Shown here piece after piece: positions 64,245 through 74,619 of a stretch of 248,000 nucleotides of DNA. Positions within the stretch are counted from its first letter, which is position 1; each line of letters begins with the position of its first letter. The notes below the pieces were generated by a model that ran no database searches, was not told the origin of the DNA, and was given only the letters and a program-made list of their open reading frames with translations. Origin of the DNA: Hyalangium minutum (GTDB taxonomy: Bacteria; Myxococcota; Myxococcia; Myxococcales; Myxococcaceae); NCBI RefSeq assembly GCF_000737315.1, contig NZ_JMCB01000002.1, positions 268,001 through 516,000 on the forward strand. Direction: 5' to 3'. Both the position numbers and the translations under genes were made by a program.

Positions 64245-65150
64245 TCAGGCGAGCAGTTGCCGCAGCGCCGGCTCCAGCTGTGGGAAGTGGAAAGTGAAGC
64301 CGGACTCGGTGAGCCGCTTCGGCAGCACCCGCTGGCCCTCGAGCGCCACCATCGCCATCTCTCCCATGGCTGCCTTCACCACGAAGCCCGGGATGTGCAT
64401 CACCGAGGGACGTCCCAGCACGGTCCCCAACGTGTGTGCGAACTCCGCGTTCGAGAGCGGCTCCGGCGAGGTGACGTTGAACGGTCCCTCCAACTCCGGG
64501 TGCTCCAGCAGGAAGCGCAGCGCTGCCACTGCGTCCTCCCGGTGGATCCAGCTCACGTACTGCTTGCCAGAGCCTATGCGGCCTCCCGCCCCCATTCGGA
64601 AGGGCGGCAGCATCGTGTGCAGCGCTCCGCCCTCGGGATGGAGAATCACCCCCATGCGCGCCACCGCTGTGCGGATGCCCGCCTCACGCGCCCGCAGCGC
64701 CTCCGCCTCCCACTCCTGGCACACCCCTGCCAGGAAGTCTTTGCCCGGCGAGTTCTCCTCCGTCAGCACCTCTGCCCCGTGCGTCCCGCCGTAGTAGCCC
64801 ACCGCTGACGTGGACACGAAGCGCTGCACCGTGCCCGCTCCCTGCATCGCGTCCACCAGCGCCCGCGTCCCCTGCACCCGGCTGTCCCGGATGCGCCGCT
64901 TCGCGTCGTGGTTCCAGCGCTGGTTGATCGGCTCTCCCGCCAGGTGGATGACCGCCTGTGCCCCTGCCAGTGACTCGGGCGGTAAGGGCTCGCCTGCCCG
65001 GAAGGCTGCTCCCGTCACTCCCTTCGGCAGCCGCTCCAGGGCTTGTTCAACGTTCCGTACAAGGACGTGGACCGTGTGTCCCGCCTCCAACAAACCTTGG
65101 ACAAGGCGGGGCCCCAGGAAGCCGCTCGCCCCTGTGAGCGCCACCTTCAC
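64245..65150 (-). CDS. TIGR01777 NAD-dependent epimerase-like protein
   Basis: TGASGFLG, IHLAGE, SAVGYYG, SWIH..D. Confidence 0.9.
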   Translation of the reverse strand: MKVALTGASGFLGPRLVQGLLEAGHTVHVLVRNVEQALERLPKGVTGAAFRAGEPLPPESLAGAQAVIHLAGEPINQRWNHDAKRRIRDSRVQGTRALVDAMQGAGTVQRFVSTSAVGYYGGTHGAEVLTEENSPGKDFLAGVCQEWEAEALRAREAGIRTAVARMGVILHPEGGALHTMLPPFRMGAGGRIGSGKQYVSWIHREDAVAALRFLLEHPELEGPFNVTSPEPLSNAEFAHTLGTVLGRPSVMHIPGFVVKAAMGEMAMVALEGQRVLPKRLTESGFTFHFPQLEPALRQLLA

Positions 65151-65698
65151 AGCTGCGGCTCCGCCTTCAAGTCCTTGCCCACCAGCTTGGAGAGGGCTTC
65201 GAAGAACGCCTTCCGCTCTGCCTCGTCCAGCTTCCCCGAGTACCGGTACACCACCGCCCCCGCCGCATCCATCAGCATGACCGTGGAGGTCTTCTTGGGC
65301 AGCGCCCACGGAGGCCCTCCCAGCGTCCCCTCTAGGTCCACCAGGATGGGCACGCCCACCTTCTTCTCCTCGTCCTTCACGTAGGACAGGGCAATCTGCC
65401 GCGCAGGGAAGAAGTTGAACTTCTCCAGGTTGGCCACCGCCACCACCCAGGCCGCCTCCAACAGGCCGTGCTGCTGGCCCTTGGTAAACAGCTCCTCCTT
65501 CAGCGCTCCGTTCAGCTGCGTGGAGTCCTTGTCCTCGTAGAACAGGATGACGGGCTTGCCTCGCCACTTCGACAGTGACGCCTGGGCCCCATCCGACCCT
65601 TGGAGCGTTGCCTCCAACGGGCTGCTCCCCGAACCTTGGGCAGAGGCCCCCGTCGTGGCCAGAGTCACCGTCAACGCTCCTGTCAGCCAGGCCTTCAT
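65147..65698 (-). CDS. Exported thioredoxin-like (YtfJ-like) protein
   Basis: Signal peptide; KPVILFYED; overlaps the TIGR01777 start. Confidence 0.6.
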   Translation of the reverse strand: MKAWLTGALTVTLATTGASAQGSGSSPLEATLQGSDGAQASLSKWRGKPVILFYEDKDSTQLNGALKEELFTKGQQHGLLEAAWVVAVANLEKFNFFPARQIALSYVKDEEKKVGVPILVDLEGTLGGPPWALPKKTSTVMLMDAAGAVVYRYSGKLDEAERKAFFEALSKLVGKDLKAEPQL

Positions 65699-65732
65699 GG
65701 GGGCTCCTTTGAAAAGGGAACAGCCGAACGAG

Positions 65733-65776
65733 GTTTGAACAAACATTGGACACAGCCTTGACAAAGAATGTACGCC
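65733..65776 (+). promoter_or_regulatory. CarA/CarH operator: four 11-bp direct repeats overlapping the -35 TTGACA of the carB promoter
   Basis: gttTgaACAaa-catTggACAca-gccTtgACAaa-gaaTgtACGcc. Confidence 0.8.
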
Positions 65777-65807
65777 GACGCTACGTGTAGGGCAAGATGC
65801 ACACGCG

Positions 65808-66929
65808 GTGTCGGAGGACGATGCGATGGCTTCTCCCTTCTCCCTGGTGACTGCTCCGCCGCTGCCCGCGGCCCAGCCCCCCCCGATCGCCCCCGATCAG
65901 GCGTGGCTGCGGATGGTGCAGACCCAGGTGGAGGCCTCGCTCGCCGAGCTGTTCGAGCTGCCCGATGAAGCCGCCTTCGATCCACGCTGGACCCAGGCCA
66001 TGGAGCGCACGCGCCAGTACGCCCTGCGGCCGGCCAAGCGGGTGCGCCCCGCGCTCGTCGTGGCCGGGTACAGCCTGGCCCGAGGCTCGCTGAAGGTTCC
66101 CGCAGGGCTGTGGCGCTTCGCGGCAGGGCTCGAGTTGCTGCACACCTTCCTCCTCATCCATGACGATGTGGCTGATCAGGCCGAGCTGCGCCGAGGGGGG
66201 CCTGCGCTCCACCACCTGCTGGGCGCTGGGCGGGCAGGCGAGGACCTCGCCGTGGTGGTGGGCGACCACCTGTTCTCTCGCTCGCTCGAGGCCATGCTCT
66301 CCTCCGAGCTGCGGGGGGCCTCGGCCGCCTCGCGCTACTACCTCGCCGTGTGCCGGCACACCGCCGCCGGCCAGTACCTGGACCTCAGGCTCGCGTCTGC
66401 GCCGCTGTCCCAGGTGACGCTCCTCCAGGCGCTGCGCGTGGCCCACCTGAAGACGGCGCGTTACGGCTTCTGCGCCCCGCTCGTCTGCGGCGCCATGCTG
66501 GCCGGCGCGGATTCGGAGCTGTGCGAGGCCCTGGAGCGCGTGGGCCGCCATGTGGGGCTCGCCTTCCAGCTGCGCGATGACTTGATCGGCCTGCTCGGCG
66601 ACGAGCGCGTGGCGGGCAAGGCCGCGGATGGCGACTTCGTGCAGGGCAAGCGCACCGTGCCCGTGCTGGCGGCGTACCTGCGCGCTCCAGCGGCGGCCCG
66701 CGAGGAGCTGGAGCGGCTCTGGGCGCTGCCCCCCGAGGCCAAGGATGCGGCGGCGCTGGCCCAGGCTCGCGCGCTGGTGGAGGAGTACGGAGGCCGGGCC
66801 GCCTGCGAGCGGCTGGTGGAGCGGGCCTCGCGCACGGGGCGGCGGGCGCTGCAGGCGCTGCCGGACGAGGGCGGCGTGCGGGACTTGCTGGACACTCTCA
66901 TCACCCGGCTGGCGCACCGCGCGGCCTGA
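65808..66929 (+). CDS. crtE: Geranylgeranyl diphosphate synthase
   Basis: KRVRP, LIHDDVAD, FQLRDD, GKRT. Confidence 0.88.
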   Translation: MSEDDAMASPFSLVTAPPLPAAQPPPIAPDQAWLRMVQTQVEASLAELFELPDEAAFDPRWTQAMERTRQYALRPAKRVRPALVVAGYSLARGSLKVPAGLWRFAAGLELLHTFLLIHDDVADQAELRRGGPALHHLLGAGRAGEDLAVVVGDHLFSRSLEAMLSSELRGASAASRYYLAVCRHTAAGQYLDLRLASAPLSQVTLLQALRVAHLKTARYGFCAPLVCGAMLAGADSELCEALERVGRHVGLAFQLRDDLIGLLGDERVAGKAADGDFVQGKRTVPVLAAYLRAPAAAREELERLWALPPEAKDAAALAQARALVEEYGGRAACERLVERASRTGRRALQALPDEGGVRDLLDTLITRLAHRAA

Positions 66930-66945
66930 GACAACGAGCGTCGCC

Positions 66946-68493
66946 ATGGAGCAGGGCAAGCCAAAGGCAGTCGTGGTGGGCGCTGGTGTGGGTGGGCTCG
67001 CGGCCGCGGCCCGGCTCGCGCGCCAGGGGTTCGATGTTCACCTGTTCGAGAAGACCCACGGGCCCGGCGGGCGCTGCAACCAGCTGCGCGCCGAGGGCTT
67101 CACCTGGGACATCGGCCCCACCATCGTGCTCATGCCCGAGGTCTTCGAGGAGACCTTCTCCGCCCTGGGCCGCCGGCTCGAGGACTACCTGACGTTCCAC
67201 CGCTGCGAGCCCAACTACCGCATCCACTACCGCGACGGCTCTTCCATCACCTTCACCTCCGAGCTCACCGCCATGGGCCGCGAGCTGGAGCGCATCGAGC
67301 CCGGCAGCTTCAAGCGCTACCTCGCCTTCCTCGCCCAGGGCCGTGAGCAGTACCGCACCAGCCTTGACCACCTGGTGGGCCGCAACTACTCGGGCGTCCT
67401 GGACTACTTCTCGCCCAAGGTGCTGGCCAAGATTTTCAAGGTCCGCGCGCACCGGCGCATGTACGCGGACGTCAGCCGTTTCTTCCAGGACGACCGCCTG
67501 CGCGCGGCGATGACGTTTCAGACGATGTACCTGGGCGTCTCCCCGTTCGCCTCGCCCGCCGTGTACGGACTGCTCCCGTTCACCGAGCTGGGCGTGGGCA
67601 TCTGGTTCCCCCAGGGCGGCCTGTATGCCATTCCCCTCGCGCTGGAGAAGGTGGCGCGCGAGGAGGGCGTGCGGCTCCACTACGGCGAGCCGGTGGAGCG
67701 CATCCTCACCGAGGGCGCTCGGGCCACGGGCGTGCGGCTGGCCAGCGGGCGCACCGTGCAGGCGGACCTCGTGCTGTGCAACGCCGACCTGCCGTACGCG
67801 TACCAGAAGCTGCTCGAGGGCGCGCCCACCTCGCTGCCGCGCAAGGACAAGCTCCGCTACACCTCCAGCGGCTACATGCTCTACCTGGGCCTGCGTAAGC
67901 AGTACCCCGGGCTGGGCCACCACAACGTCGTGTTCGGCCGCGACTACCAGGGCTCGTTCGACGACATCTTCGAGCGCTTCCGCGTTCCGGAGGACCCGAG
68001 TTTCTACGTGAACGTGCCCACGCGCACGGATCCCAGCCTCGCGCCTCCAGGACAGGACGCCGTCTACGTCCTCGTCCCTGTCCCGCACCAGAACCCGCAC
68101 CTGGACTGGAAGGTGGAGGGGCCCAAGGTGCGCGCCAAGGTGTTCCAGCGGCTCGCCGAGCTGGGCTACCCGGACCTGGAGCGCGACACCGTCGTGGAGC
68201 GCGTCTTCACCCCGGATGACTGGGCCGCCTCGTACAACCTCATGCACGGCAGCGCGTTCGGGCTGGCGCAGAACTTCTTCCAGATCGGCCCCTTCCGGCC
68301 CTCGAACCAGGACGCGCGCGTGAAGAACCTCTTCTTCGTGGGCGCCTCCACCCAGCCAGGCACTGGGCTGCCCACCGTGTTGATCTCCGCGCGGCTGGCC
68401 GCGGAGCGCGTGCAGAACTGGGCGAGGCAGGCGGGTCTGGCACAGGCGCTGAGCCGGACGCCCGCGCCCGTCCAGGCAGAGGTGGCCGCATGA
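66946..68493 (+). CDS. crtI: Phytoene desaturase
   Basis: GAGVGG, DIGPT, GASTQPGTGLP. Confidence 0.92.
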   Translation: MEQGKPKAVVVGAGVGGLAAAARLARQGFDVHLFEKTHGPGGRCNQLRAEGFTWDIGPTIVLMPEVFEETFSALGRRLEDYLTFHRCEPNYRIHYRDGSSITFTSELTAMGRELERIEPGSFKRYLAFLAQGREQYRTSLDHLVGRNYSGVLDYFSPKVLAKIFKVRAHRRMYADVSRFFQDDRLRAAMTFQTMYLGVSPFASPAVYGLLPFTELGVGIWFPQGGLYAIPLALEKVAREEGVRLHYGEPVERILTEGARATGVRLASGRTVQADLVLCNADLPYAYQKLLEGAPTSLPRKDKLRYTSSGYMLYLGLRKQYPGLGHHNVVFGRDYQGSFDDIFERFRVPEDPSFYVNVPTRTDPSLAPPGQDAVYVLVPVPHQNPHLDWKVEGPKVRAKVFQRLAELGYPDLERDTVVERVFTPDDWAASYNLMHGSAFGLAQNFFQIGPFRPSNQDARVKNLFFVGASTQPGTGLPTVLISARLAAERVQNWARQAGLAQALSRTPAPVQAEVAA

Positions 68494-69500
68494 AGTCGCA
68501 CGAGGATCCGCAACTGGTGGCCCAGGGGTACCGGCTCGCCCAGCGCGTGACGCGCGAGCACGCCAAGAGCTTCTATTTCGCCTCGTATTTGCTCTTCGGT
68601 GCGCGGCGGAAGGCGGCCTTCGCCCTCTATGCCTTCTGCCGGCGGTTGGATGACATGGTCGACGAGGGTAGCCAGGGCGCCGCGCCGGTGGACCTGAAGG
68701 CCCGGCTGGCACGGGCCCGGCAGATGGTGGCCGAGGTCTACCTGCCCATGCCGGAGCTGGCGGCACCGGGGCTCGACTCGCCCGCCGAGCGGCTGATGAG
68801 CGCCGAGGCTCAGTCCCCGTGGGATGCGGGCGAGTTCGCCGCGCTCAAGCACGCCGTCTACCACTACCGCATCCCCGAGCAGCCCTTTCAGGACCTCATC
68901 TCCGGCATGGAGATGGACCTGACGAAGGACCGCTACGCCACCTACGCCGAGCTGGACCTGTACTGCTACCGGGTGGCGGGCGTGGTGGGGCTGATGCTGA
69001 CGCCGGTGCTGGGGTGCTCGGATCCGCGCGCGGTCTCGCACGCGGCGGACCTGGGCCGGGCCATGCAGCTCACCAACATCCTGCGCGACGTGCGCGAGGA
69101 CCTGGAGCGCGGCCGCGTGTACCTGCCCGCCGAAGAGCTGCGCGCCTTCGGGCTGAGCGAGGACGACTTGCGCCGAGGCCAGGTGGACAACCGGTGGCGT
69201 GACTTCATGCGCTTTCAGATCTCCCGGGCCCGGGCCCTCTACGCGCGCGCGGGCGCGGGCGTGGACTACATCGAGGGCTTCGGCAGCCGGCGGATGGTGC
69301 GGCTGATGGGCGGAATCTACGGGGACATCCTGCGTGTCATCGAAGCGCGGGACTGCGACGTGTTCAGCGAGCGGGCTTGGGTGCCGGGCCGCCGGAAGCT
69401 GGCCCTGGCGGCGGCGGCCATGGCCCGGCCCTCGGCGGTGCTCCCGGCGCCCGTGGGGGAAGTGAACCTGCCTCTTCTTCCAACGGGGACTCGGGGATGA
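68490..69500 (+). CDS. crtB: Phytoene synthase
   Basis: AKSFY, YAFCR..DD, YCYRVAG, QLTNILRD. Confidence 0.93.
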   Translation: MKSHEDPQLVAQGYRLAQRVTREHAKSFYFASYLLFGARRKAAFALYAFCRRLDDMVDEGSQGAAPVDLKARLARARQMVAEVYLPMPELAAPGLDSPAERLMSAEAQSPWDAGEFAALKHAVYHYRIPEQPFQDLISGMEMDLTKDRYATYAELDLYCYRVAGVVGLMLTPVLGCSDPRAVSHAADLGRAMQLTNILRDVREDLERGRVYLPAEELRAFGLSEDDLRRGQVDNRWRDFMRFQISRARALYARAGAGVDYIEGFGSRRMVRLMGGIYGDILRVIEARDCDVFSERAWVPGRRKLALAAAAMARPSAVLPAPVGEVNLPLLPTGTRG

Positions 69501-70822
69501 GCGACGACAAGGTGAAGACGTTGGAGGTGAGGCGGAGCTCGCGGCTGTCGGGCTTCTACCAGCAGACACCGGAGCGGCGGCGCGCCCGGCTGGTGGAGGC
69601 ACGCTGGCTGGCCCCCGAGGAGGCCGAGGCCTGTGAGGGACTCGGTGGCTTCGACGAGGCGTGCGCGGACGCCATGGTGGAGAACGTCATCGGCCTGCAT
69701 GGCCTGCCGCTCGGCGTGGCACTCAACTTCGTGGTGAACGGCAAGGACCGGCTGGTGCCCATGGCCGTGGAGGAGCCCTCCATCATCGCCGCGGCCTCCT
69801 ACGCGGCCCGGCTGTCCGCCGAGGGCGGCGGCTTCACCGTGGAGGCCGAGCCCCCCATCACCACCGCGCAGGTGCAGCTGCTGGAGGTGCCTCTGCTCGA
69901 GAGGGCACGGGAGCAGCTGCTGGCCCGGGCCGAGGAAGTGCTGGCCGAGGCCAACGCGAAGATGCCGGCCATGGTTGCTCGGGGCGGCGGGGCCCGCGAG
70001 CTGGAGGTGCGCGTGCTGGACGCCACCACCCTCGTGGTGCACCTGCACGTGGACACGCGCGATGCCATGGGGGCCAACCTCGTCAACTCGCTGGCGGAGG
70101 ACCTGGCGCCCCTGCTGGCGCTCATCTCCGGCGGCCGGGCGGGGCTGAAGATCCTCACCAACCTGGCGGATCGCCGGAAGGTGAAGGTGCTCACCCGGGT
70201 GCCCTCGCGCGCGCTGAGCTCGGAGCGCTTCCCGGATGGCGACGCGGTGCGGGATGCCATCCTCGAGGCCCAGCGCTTCGCGGAGCTGGATGTGTACCGG
70301 GCCGTCACCCACAACAAGGGCGTGATGAACGGCGTGGACGCGGTGCTCGTGGCCTGCGGCAACGATTGGCGCGCGGTGGAGGCTGGGGCGCACGCATACG
70401 CGGCACGCCAGGGGGGATACCGGCCGCTCACCTCGTGGTGGGGGGGACCGGATGGTGAGCTGTGCGGCTCGCTGGAGCTGCCGCTGGCCACCTCCACGGC
70501 CGGCGGTGCGGCGCGTGCGCATCCAGGAGTGCAGCGGGCGCTGAAGCTGGCGGGTGTCTCGGGGGCGGTGGATCTGGCGGGGCTCGCGGCGGCGGCGGGG
70601 CTCGCCACCAACCTGTCGGCGCTCAAGGCGCTGTCCACCGAGGGAATCCAGAAGGGACACATGTCGCTGCACGCACGGCGTGTGGCGGCCGAGGCCGGCG
70701 CCAGCGGAGAGTTGGTGGGCATCGTCGCGGAGCGGCTGTCGAGCGAGCGCGTGTACCGGCCCGAGCGGGCGCGGGAGCTCCTCGCGGCGGAGGTGGCTCA
70801 TCGGAAGGGGGTCCGGCGATGA
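69497..70822 (+). CDS. mvaA: Class II HMG-CoA reductase
   Basis: ENVIG, EEPS, DAMGAN, NKG.MNG, GIQKGHMSLH. Confidence 0.88.
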   Translation: MSDDKVKTLEVRRSSRLSGFYQQTPERRRARLVEARWLAPEEAEACEGLGGFDEACADAMVENVIGLHGLPLGVALNFVVNGKDRLVPMAVEEPSIIAAASYAARLSAEGGGFTVEAEPPITTAQVQLLEVPLLERAREQLLARAEEVLAEANAKMPAMVARGGGARELEVRVLDATTLVVHLHVDTRDAMGANLVNSLAEDLAPLLALISGGRAGLKILTNLADRRKVKVLTRVPSRALSSERFPDGDAVRDAILEAQRFAELDVYRAVTHNKGVMNGVDAVLVACGNDWRAVEAGAHAYAARQGGYRPLTSWWGGPDGELCGSLELPLATSTAGGAARAHPGVQRALKLAGVSGAVDLAGLAAAAGLATNLSALKALSTEGIQKGHMSLHARRVAAEAGASGELVGIVAERLSSERVYRPERARELLAAEVAHRKGVRR

Positions 70823-72282
70823 GGCGCACCCGGGTGGCGGTCATCGGCGGTGGCATCGGCGGGCTGACGGCCGCCGGGCTGTTGGCCAAGGAAGGCCATG
70901 AGGTGACCCTCTTCGAGAAGGGGGCCACGCTGGGCGGCAAGGCGCAGTCCATCACGATGGAGGGTGTGACGCTGGACACCGGCCCCACGCTGCTGACGCT
71001 GCCGGCCCTGGTGCGCGGCACCTTCGAGCGGCTGGACGCGTTGGACTTGCTGCCGCCCTTCACGGAGCTGGAGCCCCAGTGCGTGTACCGCTTCGCGGAC
71101 GGCTGTGGCTTCACCGCATATAAGGATGTGGAGCGCACGGCGGAGAGCGCCGCCGAGCTGCGCCGCAGCGAGCGCCGGGGCGTCGTCTCCTTCTATGAGG
71201 AGGCCGAGGCCATCTACAAGGCGGCGGGCGAGCCGTATCTGGAGGCCCCCTTCGAGGGCATGGCGGGCTTCATGACGCGGGTGGCCCGGCGCGGCGTGGG
71301 AGCCGTGCTGGCGGGCATGCGGCTCAACACGCTGCACGAGCTGGCCGAGAAGCACTTCAAGACCGACCACATGCGGCAGTTCGTGGGGCGCTTCGCCACG
71401 TACACAGGGGCCTCGCCCTACGAGGCGAGTGCGGCGTTCGCGCTCATCCCGCACATCGAGCGGGCGTACGGCACGCACCATGTCCAGGGAGGCATCGGCG
71501 CACTGGTGGAGGCGCTGGGGCGGGCCGTGCAGCGGCTGGGCGTCACCGTGCAGCTGAACGTAGCCGCGTGCTACGAGCGCGAGGCCCGCAGTGGCTACCG
71601 CGTGGGCCCCCAGGGCGCGGCGGAGTTCTTCGACAGCGTGGTGGTGAATGCCGATCCGCTGGCGTCGCTCCGGCGCGAGGGAGAGCCGCTGGCGCTGTCC
71701 GGCTATGTGCTGCTGCTGGAGGTGGATGGGCGCCCACCCGTGCCTCACCACACCGTGCTCTTCAGCCCCGACTATCGCCGCGAGTTCGAGGAGCTGTTCT
71801 CCGGGCGGCTGGCGAATGACCCGACGGTGTACCTCTGCAACCCCTCGGCGACGGACAGCACCGTGGTGCCGCCGGGGCGCACGGGGCTGTTCGCCATGGT
71901 GAACGCGCCGCCTCTGCCCACCCAGGGGCCCGAGTCCGAGCGCGCCGCCGCCGCGTGGGAGCTGAACGCCGAGCGCACCAAGGCGCAGATCCTCGAGCGG
72001 CTGACCTCTCAGTTCCCGGTGCTCAAGGGCCGCGTGCGAGTCCTGGGGCAGCGCACGCCGGTGGACCTCGCGGCGCAGGGTGCACCCGGGGGCTCCATCT
72101 ATGGCTTCCTGCCGCATGGGAAGTTCGGCCCGTTCCGCCGTCCGAGGATCCGCGGCAACACGCCAGGTCTGTTCTTCGCGGGCGGAGGCACGCACCCGGG
72201 CGGCGGGGTGCCGCTGGTGATGCTCTCCGGGAGCTTCGCCGCGGAGATGGCGTCCGCCCACCTGAAAGGAGCCGTGGCATGA
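70819..72282 (+). CDS. crtD: Hydroxyneurosporene desaturase
   Basis: GGGIGG, DTGPT, GGGTHPGGGVP; position in the car operon. Confidence 0.85.
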   Translation: MRRTRVAVIGGGIGGLTAAGLLAKEGHEVTLFEKGATLGGKAQSITMEGVTLDTGPTLLTLPALVRGTFERLDALDLLPPFTELEPQCVYRFADGCGFTAYKDVERTAESAAELRRSERRGVVSFYEEAEAIYKAAGEPYLEAPFEGMAGFMTRVARRGVGAVLAGMRLNTLHELAEKHFKTDHMRQFVGRFATYTGASPYEASAAFALIPHIERAYGTHHVQGGIGALVEALGRAVQRLGVTVQLNVAACYEREARSGYRVGPQGAAEFFDSVVVNADPLASLRREGEPLALSGYVLLLEVDGRPPVPHHTVLFSPDYRREFEELFSGRLANDPTVYLCNPSATDSTVVPPGRTGLFAMVNAPPLPTQGPESERAAAAWELNAERTKAQILERLTSQFPVLKGRVRVLGQRTPVDLAAQGAPGGSIYGFLPHGKFGPFRRPRIRGNTPGLFFAGGGTHPGGGVPLVMLSGSFAAEMASAHLKGAVA

Positions 72283-73199
72283 GCGCGCTGCCCGAGCTGC
72301 CGTCCCTGCCCTGCGAGCCGGGTGCCTACCGCTGGTACTACGCGGACGTCACCGCAGGCGAGCACAGCGCCGTGTTCATCTTCATGGTGGGCTCGCTGTT
72401 CTCCCCGCGCTACTCGGTGGCGGCGCGGCGCGGCGGACTGCCTCGGGAGCACTGCGCGGTGAACTTCGCCCTGTACCACCGGGGCGTGCGGCGGCACTGG
72501 GTGCTCAGCGAGTACCCACTCATGGAGCAGGAGTCTCCGCACTGCCTGCGCATCGGCCGCTCGACGATTCGTTACGAGGGCGGCGGGGTTCGCATGGAGG
72601 TGGATGAGCGCACGGCGCCCTGGGGCCGGCCGGTGCGGGCACGCCTGATGCTGGAGCCGATGACCCCTTTGGGGGATGAGGTACAGCTGGTGCCGGGCCT
72701 GCCGCACTGGTGGCAGCCGATGGCGCCTCGGTCCCGGGCCTGGTTGCAGGTGGACTCCGAGGGCCTGGAGGCCGAGGGGCTGGGCTACCACGACACCAAC
72801 CACGGCGGAGAGCAGCTGGGCGCCCGGCTGAGCGGGTGGCACTGGTCGCGCACACACGGTGAGCACGAGACGGTGGTGGACTACGTGCTGCCCTCCGGTG
72901 TGGCTCCGGTGCGCGTGACGGCCGGAGCCGAAGGCCTCCACTGCGAGCGCGGGGGTGGCACCGAGGTCCTGCCTACGGAGCGCACGGCCTGGGGGCTGCG
73001 CGTGCCTCGGCACCTGCGCGCGGGGAACACGGTGGTGGGCGAGCCCCGGCTGCTGGAGTCCTCGCCCTTCTATGCGCGGGTGGAGGCGCGCCACGCCGGG
73101 CTGGACACGCTGGGCGAGGTGGCGGACTTCCGCCGCTTCCACTCGCCGTTGATTCGCTGGATGGCGCACTTCCGCACGCGGGTGGAGGGAGCGCCATGA
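72279..73199 (+). CDS. crtC: Carotenoid 1,2-hydratase
   Basis: YRWYY.D, GSLFSP.Y, GYHD.N.G. Confidence 0.85.
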   Translation: MSALPELPSLPCEPGAYRWYYADVTAGEHSAVFIFMVGSLFSPRYSVAARRGGLPREHCAVNFALYHRGVRRHWVLSEYPLMEQESPHCLRIGRSTIRYEGGGVRMEVDERTAPWGRPVRARLMLEPMTPLGDEVQLVPGLPHWWQPMAPRSRAWLQVDSEGLEAEGLGYHDTNHGGEQLGARLSGWHWSRTHGEHETVVDYVLPSGVAPVRVTAGAEGLHCERGGGTEVLPTERTAWGLRVPRHLRAGNTVVGEPRLLESSPFYARVEARHAGLDTLGEVADFRRFHSPLIRWMAHFRTRVEGAP

Positions 73200-74314
73200 G
73201 CCCATGGGTGATGCTGGGGCTGGGCTGGGCCACGATGGCCACGGGCTTCAGCGCGGTGGCGCTGGGCAGGCTGCTGCGGACCCGCCGCGCGCCGGTGGCG
73301 AGCACGCGAGTCCCGGTGCTGCTGCTCCGGCCGGTGGATGCTCCCACGGCGCGGGAGCTGGAGAACCTGGCGCGCCCGGTGGACTACGCGGGTGCGCTGG
73401 AGCAGGTGGTGGTGTCTCCGTTCCGGCCTCCGCTGGCGCCCGAGGTGCGGTGGCTGCCGAGCGATCCGCCCACGCCGAACCGCAAGGTGGGGCACCTGCT
73501 GTACGCGCTGGAGGTGTTGCCCACGCAGGGAAGGGTGGTGCTGGCGGTGGACGCGGACGTGGAGGTGACGGGAGCGCTGGTGGAGTCGCTGGCCGCGCCA
73601 GTGGCTGCGGGAGCGGCGCTGAGCACGGCGGCCCCCACACCGGTGGGTGTGCGCGGCGTGGTGGCCTGGGCCGTGGCGGGGCTGCTGCGGCACAGCCACC
73701 ACAGCTTCCGCGCGTTGCATGCGATGAGCGCGGGGGCCAAGGCCGTGTGTGGCAAGGCGCTCGGGCTGTCTCCCGTGGCGGTGGAGGAGCTGCGCGGACT
73801 GGGAGACCACATTGGGGAGGACCTCGAGCTGGCCAAGCGGCTGCACGCCCGTGGCGCCGAGGTGGCCCTGGCCGAGGAGCCCGCACGGGTGCCCCTGGAG
73901 CCCATGCACTCCTGGCGGCCAGCGCTGGAGCGATTCACCCGGTGGATGCAGGTGTTGGCGAGCCACCGGCCAGGGCTGTACCCCACGGTGCCGCTGCTGT
74001 TCACTCCGACGCTCCCCTTGGGAGCGCTGGCGCTGGTGTTGGGCTCGTGGGAGCTGGGGATGGCGACAGGAATCCTGGGAGGCGTTCGCACGCTCCTGTC
74101 ATGGCGGCTCACGGCGCTCACAAGGTCCGAAGGTTCGCGGGACTTCGCCACCGCGACAGGGGCCTGGCTGTTGGGGGAGGCGTTGCTGCTGGCGGCGTTC
74201 CTGCGCTCCCTGGGGCAGGCGGGCACCGTCACCTGGCGCGGGCGCACCTACGCGCTCGAGCCGGGCGGGCGGATGACGCCCGTGTGGCCCGAGCTCAGCG
74301 GAGGTCCGGGATGA
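73196..74314 (+). CDS. Carotenoid glycosyltransferase (GT2-like)
   Basis: PNRK, DAD, GEDLEL; position in the car operon. Confidence 0.75.
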   Translation: MSPWVMLGLGWATMATGFSAVALGRLLRTRRAPVASTRVPVLLLRPVDAPTARELENLARPVDYAGALEQVVVSPFRPPLAPEVRWLPSDPPTPNRKVGHLLYALEVLPTQGRVVLAVDADVEVTGALVESLAAPVAAGAALSTAAPTPVGVRGVVAWAVAGLLRHSHHSFRALHAMSAGAKAVCGKALGLSPVAVEELRGLGDHIGEDLELAKRLHARGAEVALAEEPARVPLEPMHSWRPALERFTRWMQVLASHRPGLYPTVPLLFTPTLPLGALALVLGSWELGMATGILGGVRTLLSWRLTALTRSEGSRDFATATGAWLLGEALLLAAFLRSLGQAGTVTWRGRTYALEPGGRMTPVWPELSGGPG

Positions 74315-74619
74315 CGTACGCGCGCTTCCTCGGGCTGTTCGTGGTCCTGCCCATCCTCTTCCTGGTGGTGCGCTACCGGAAGACGCTCACGGCCCGCGCC
74401 CTGGCGCCGCTGGGACTGCTGCTCATCGTCGTCTACGCCGCCACCTCGCCCTGGGACAACCTGGCGGTGAAGTGGGGCCTGTGGGGCTTCGACCCGGAGC
74501 GCATCTGGGGCATCAAGCTCGGGTACCTGCCGCTGGAGGAGTACCTCTTCTTCGGGCTGCAGACGCTGCTGGTGGGCTTGTGGGCGCGCGCGCGCCTGGC
74601 CCGGGTGGTGCCCCCATGA
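74311..74619 (+). CDS. crtYc: Lycopene cyclase subunit
   Basis: PWDN.A, LPLEE..FF. Confidence 0.8.
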   Translation: MTYARFLGLFVVLPILFLVVRYRKTLTARALAPLGLLLIVVYAATSPWDNLAVKWGLWGFDPERIWGIKLGYLPLEEYLFFGLQTLLVGLWARARLARVVPP

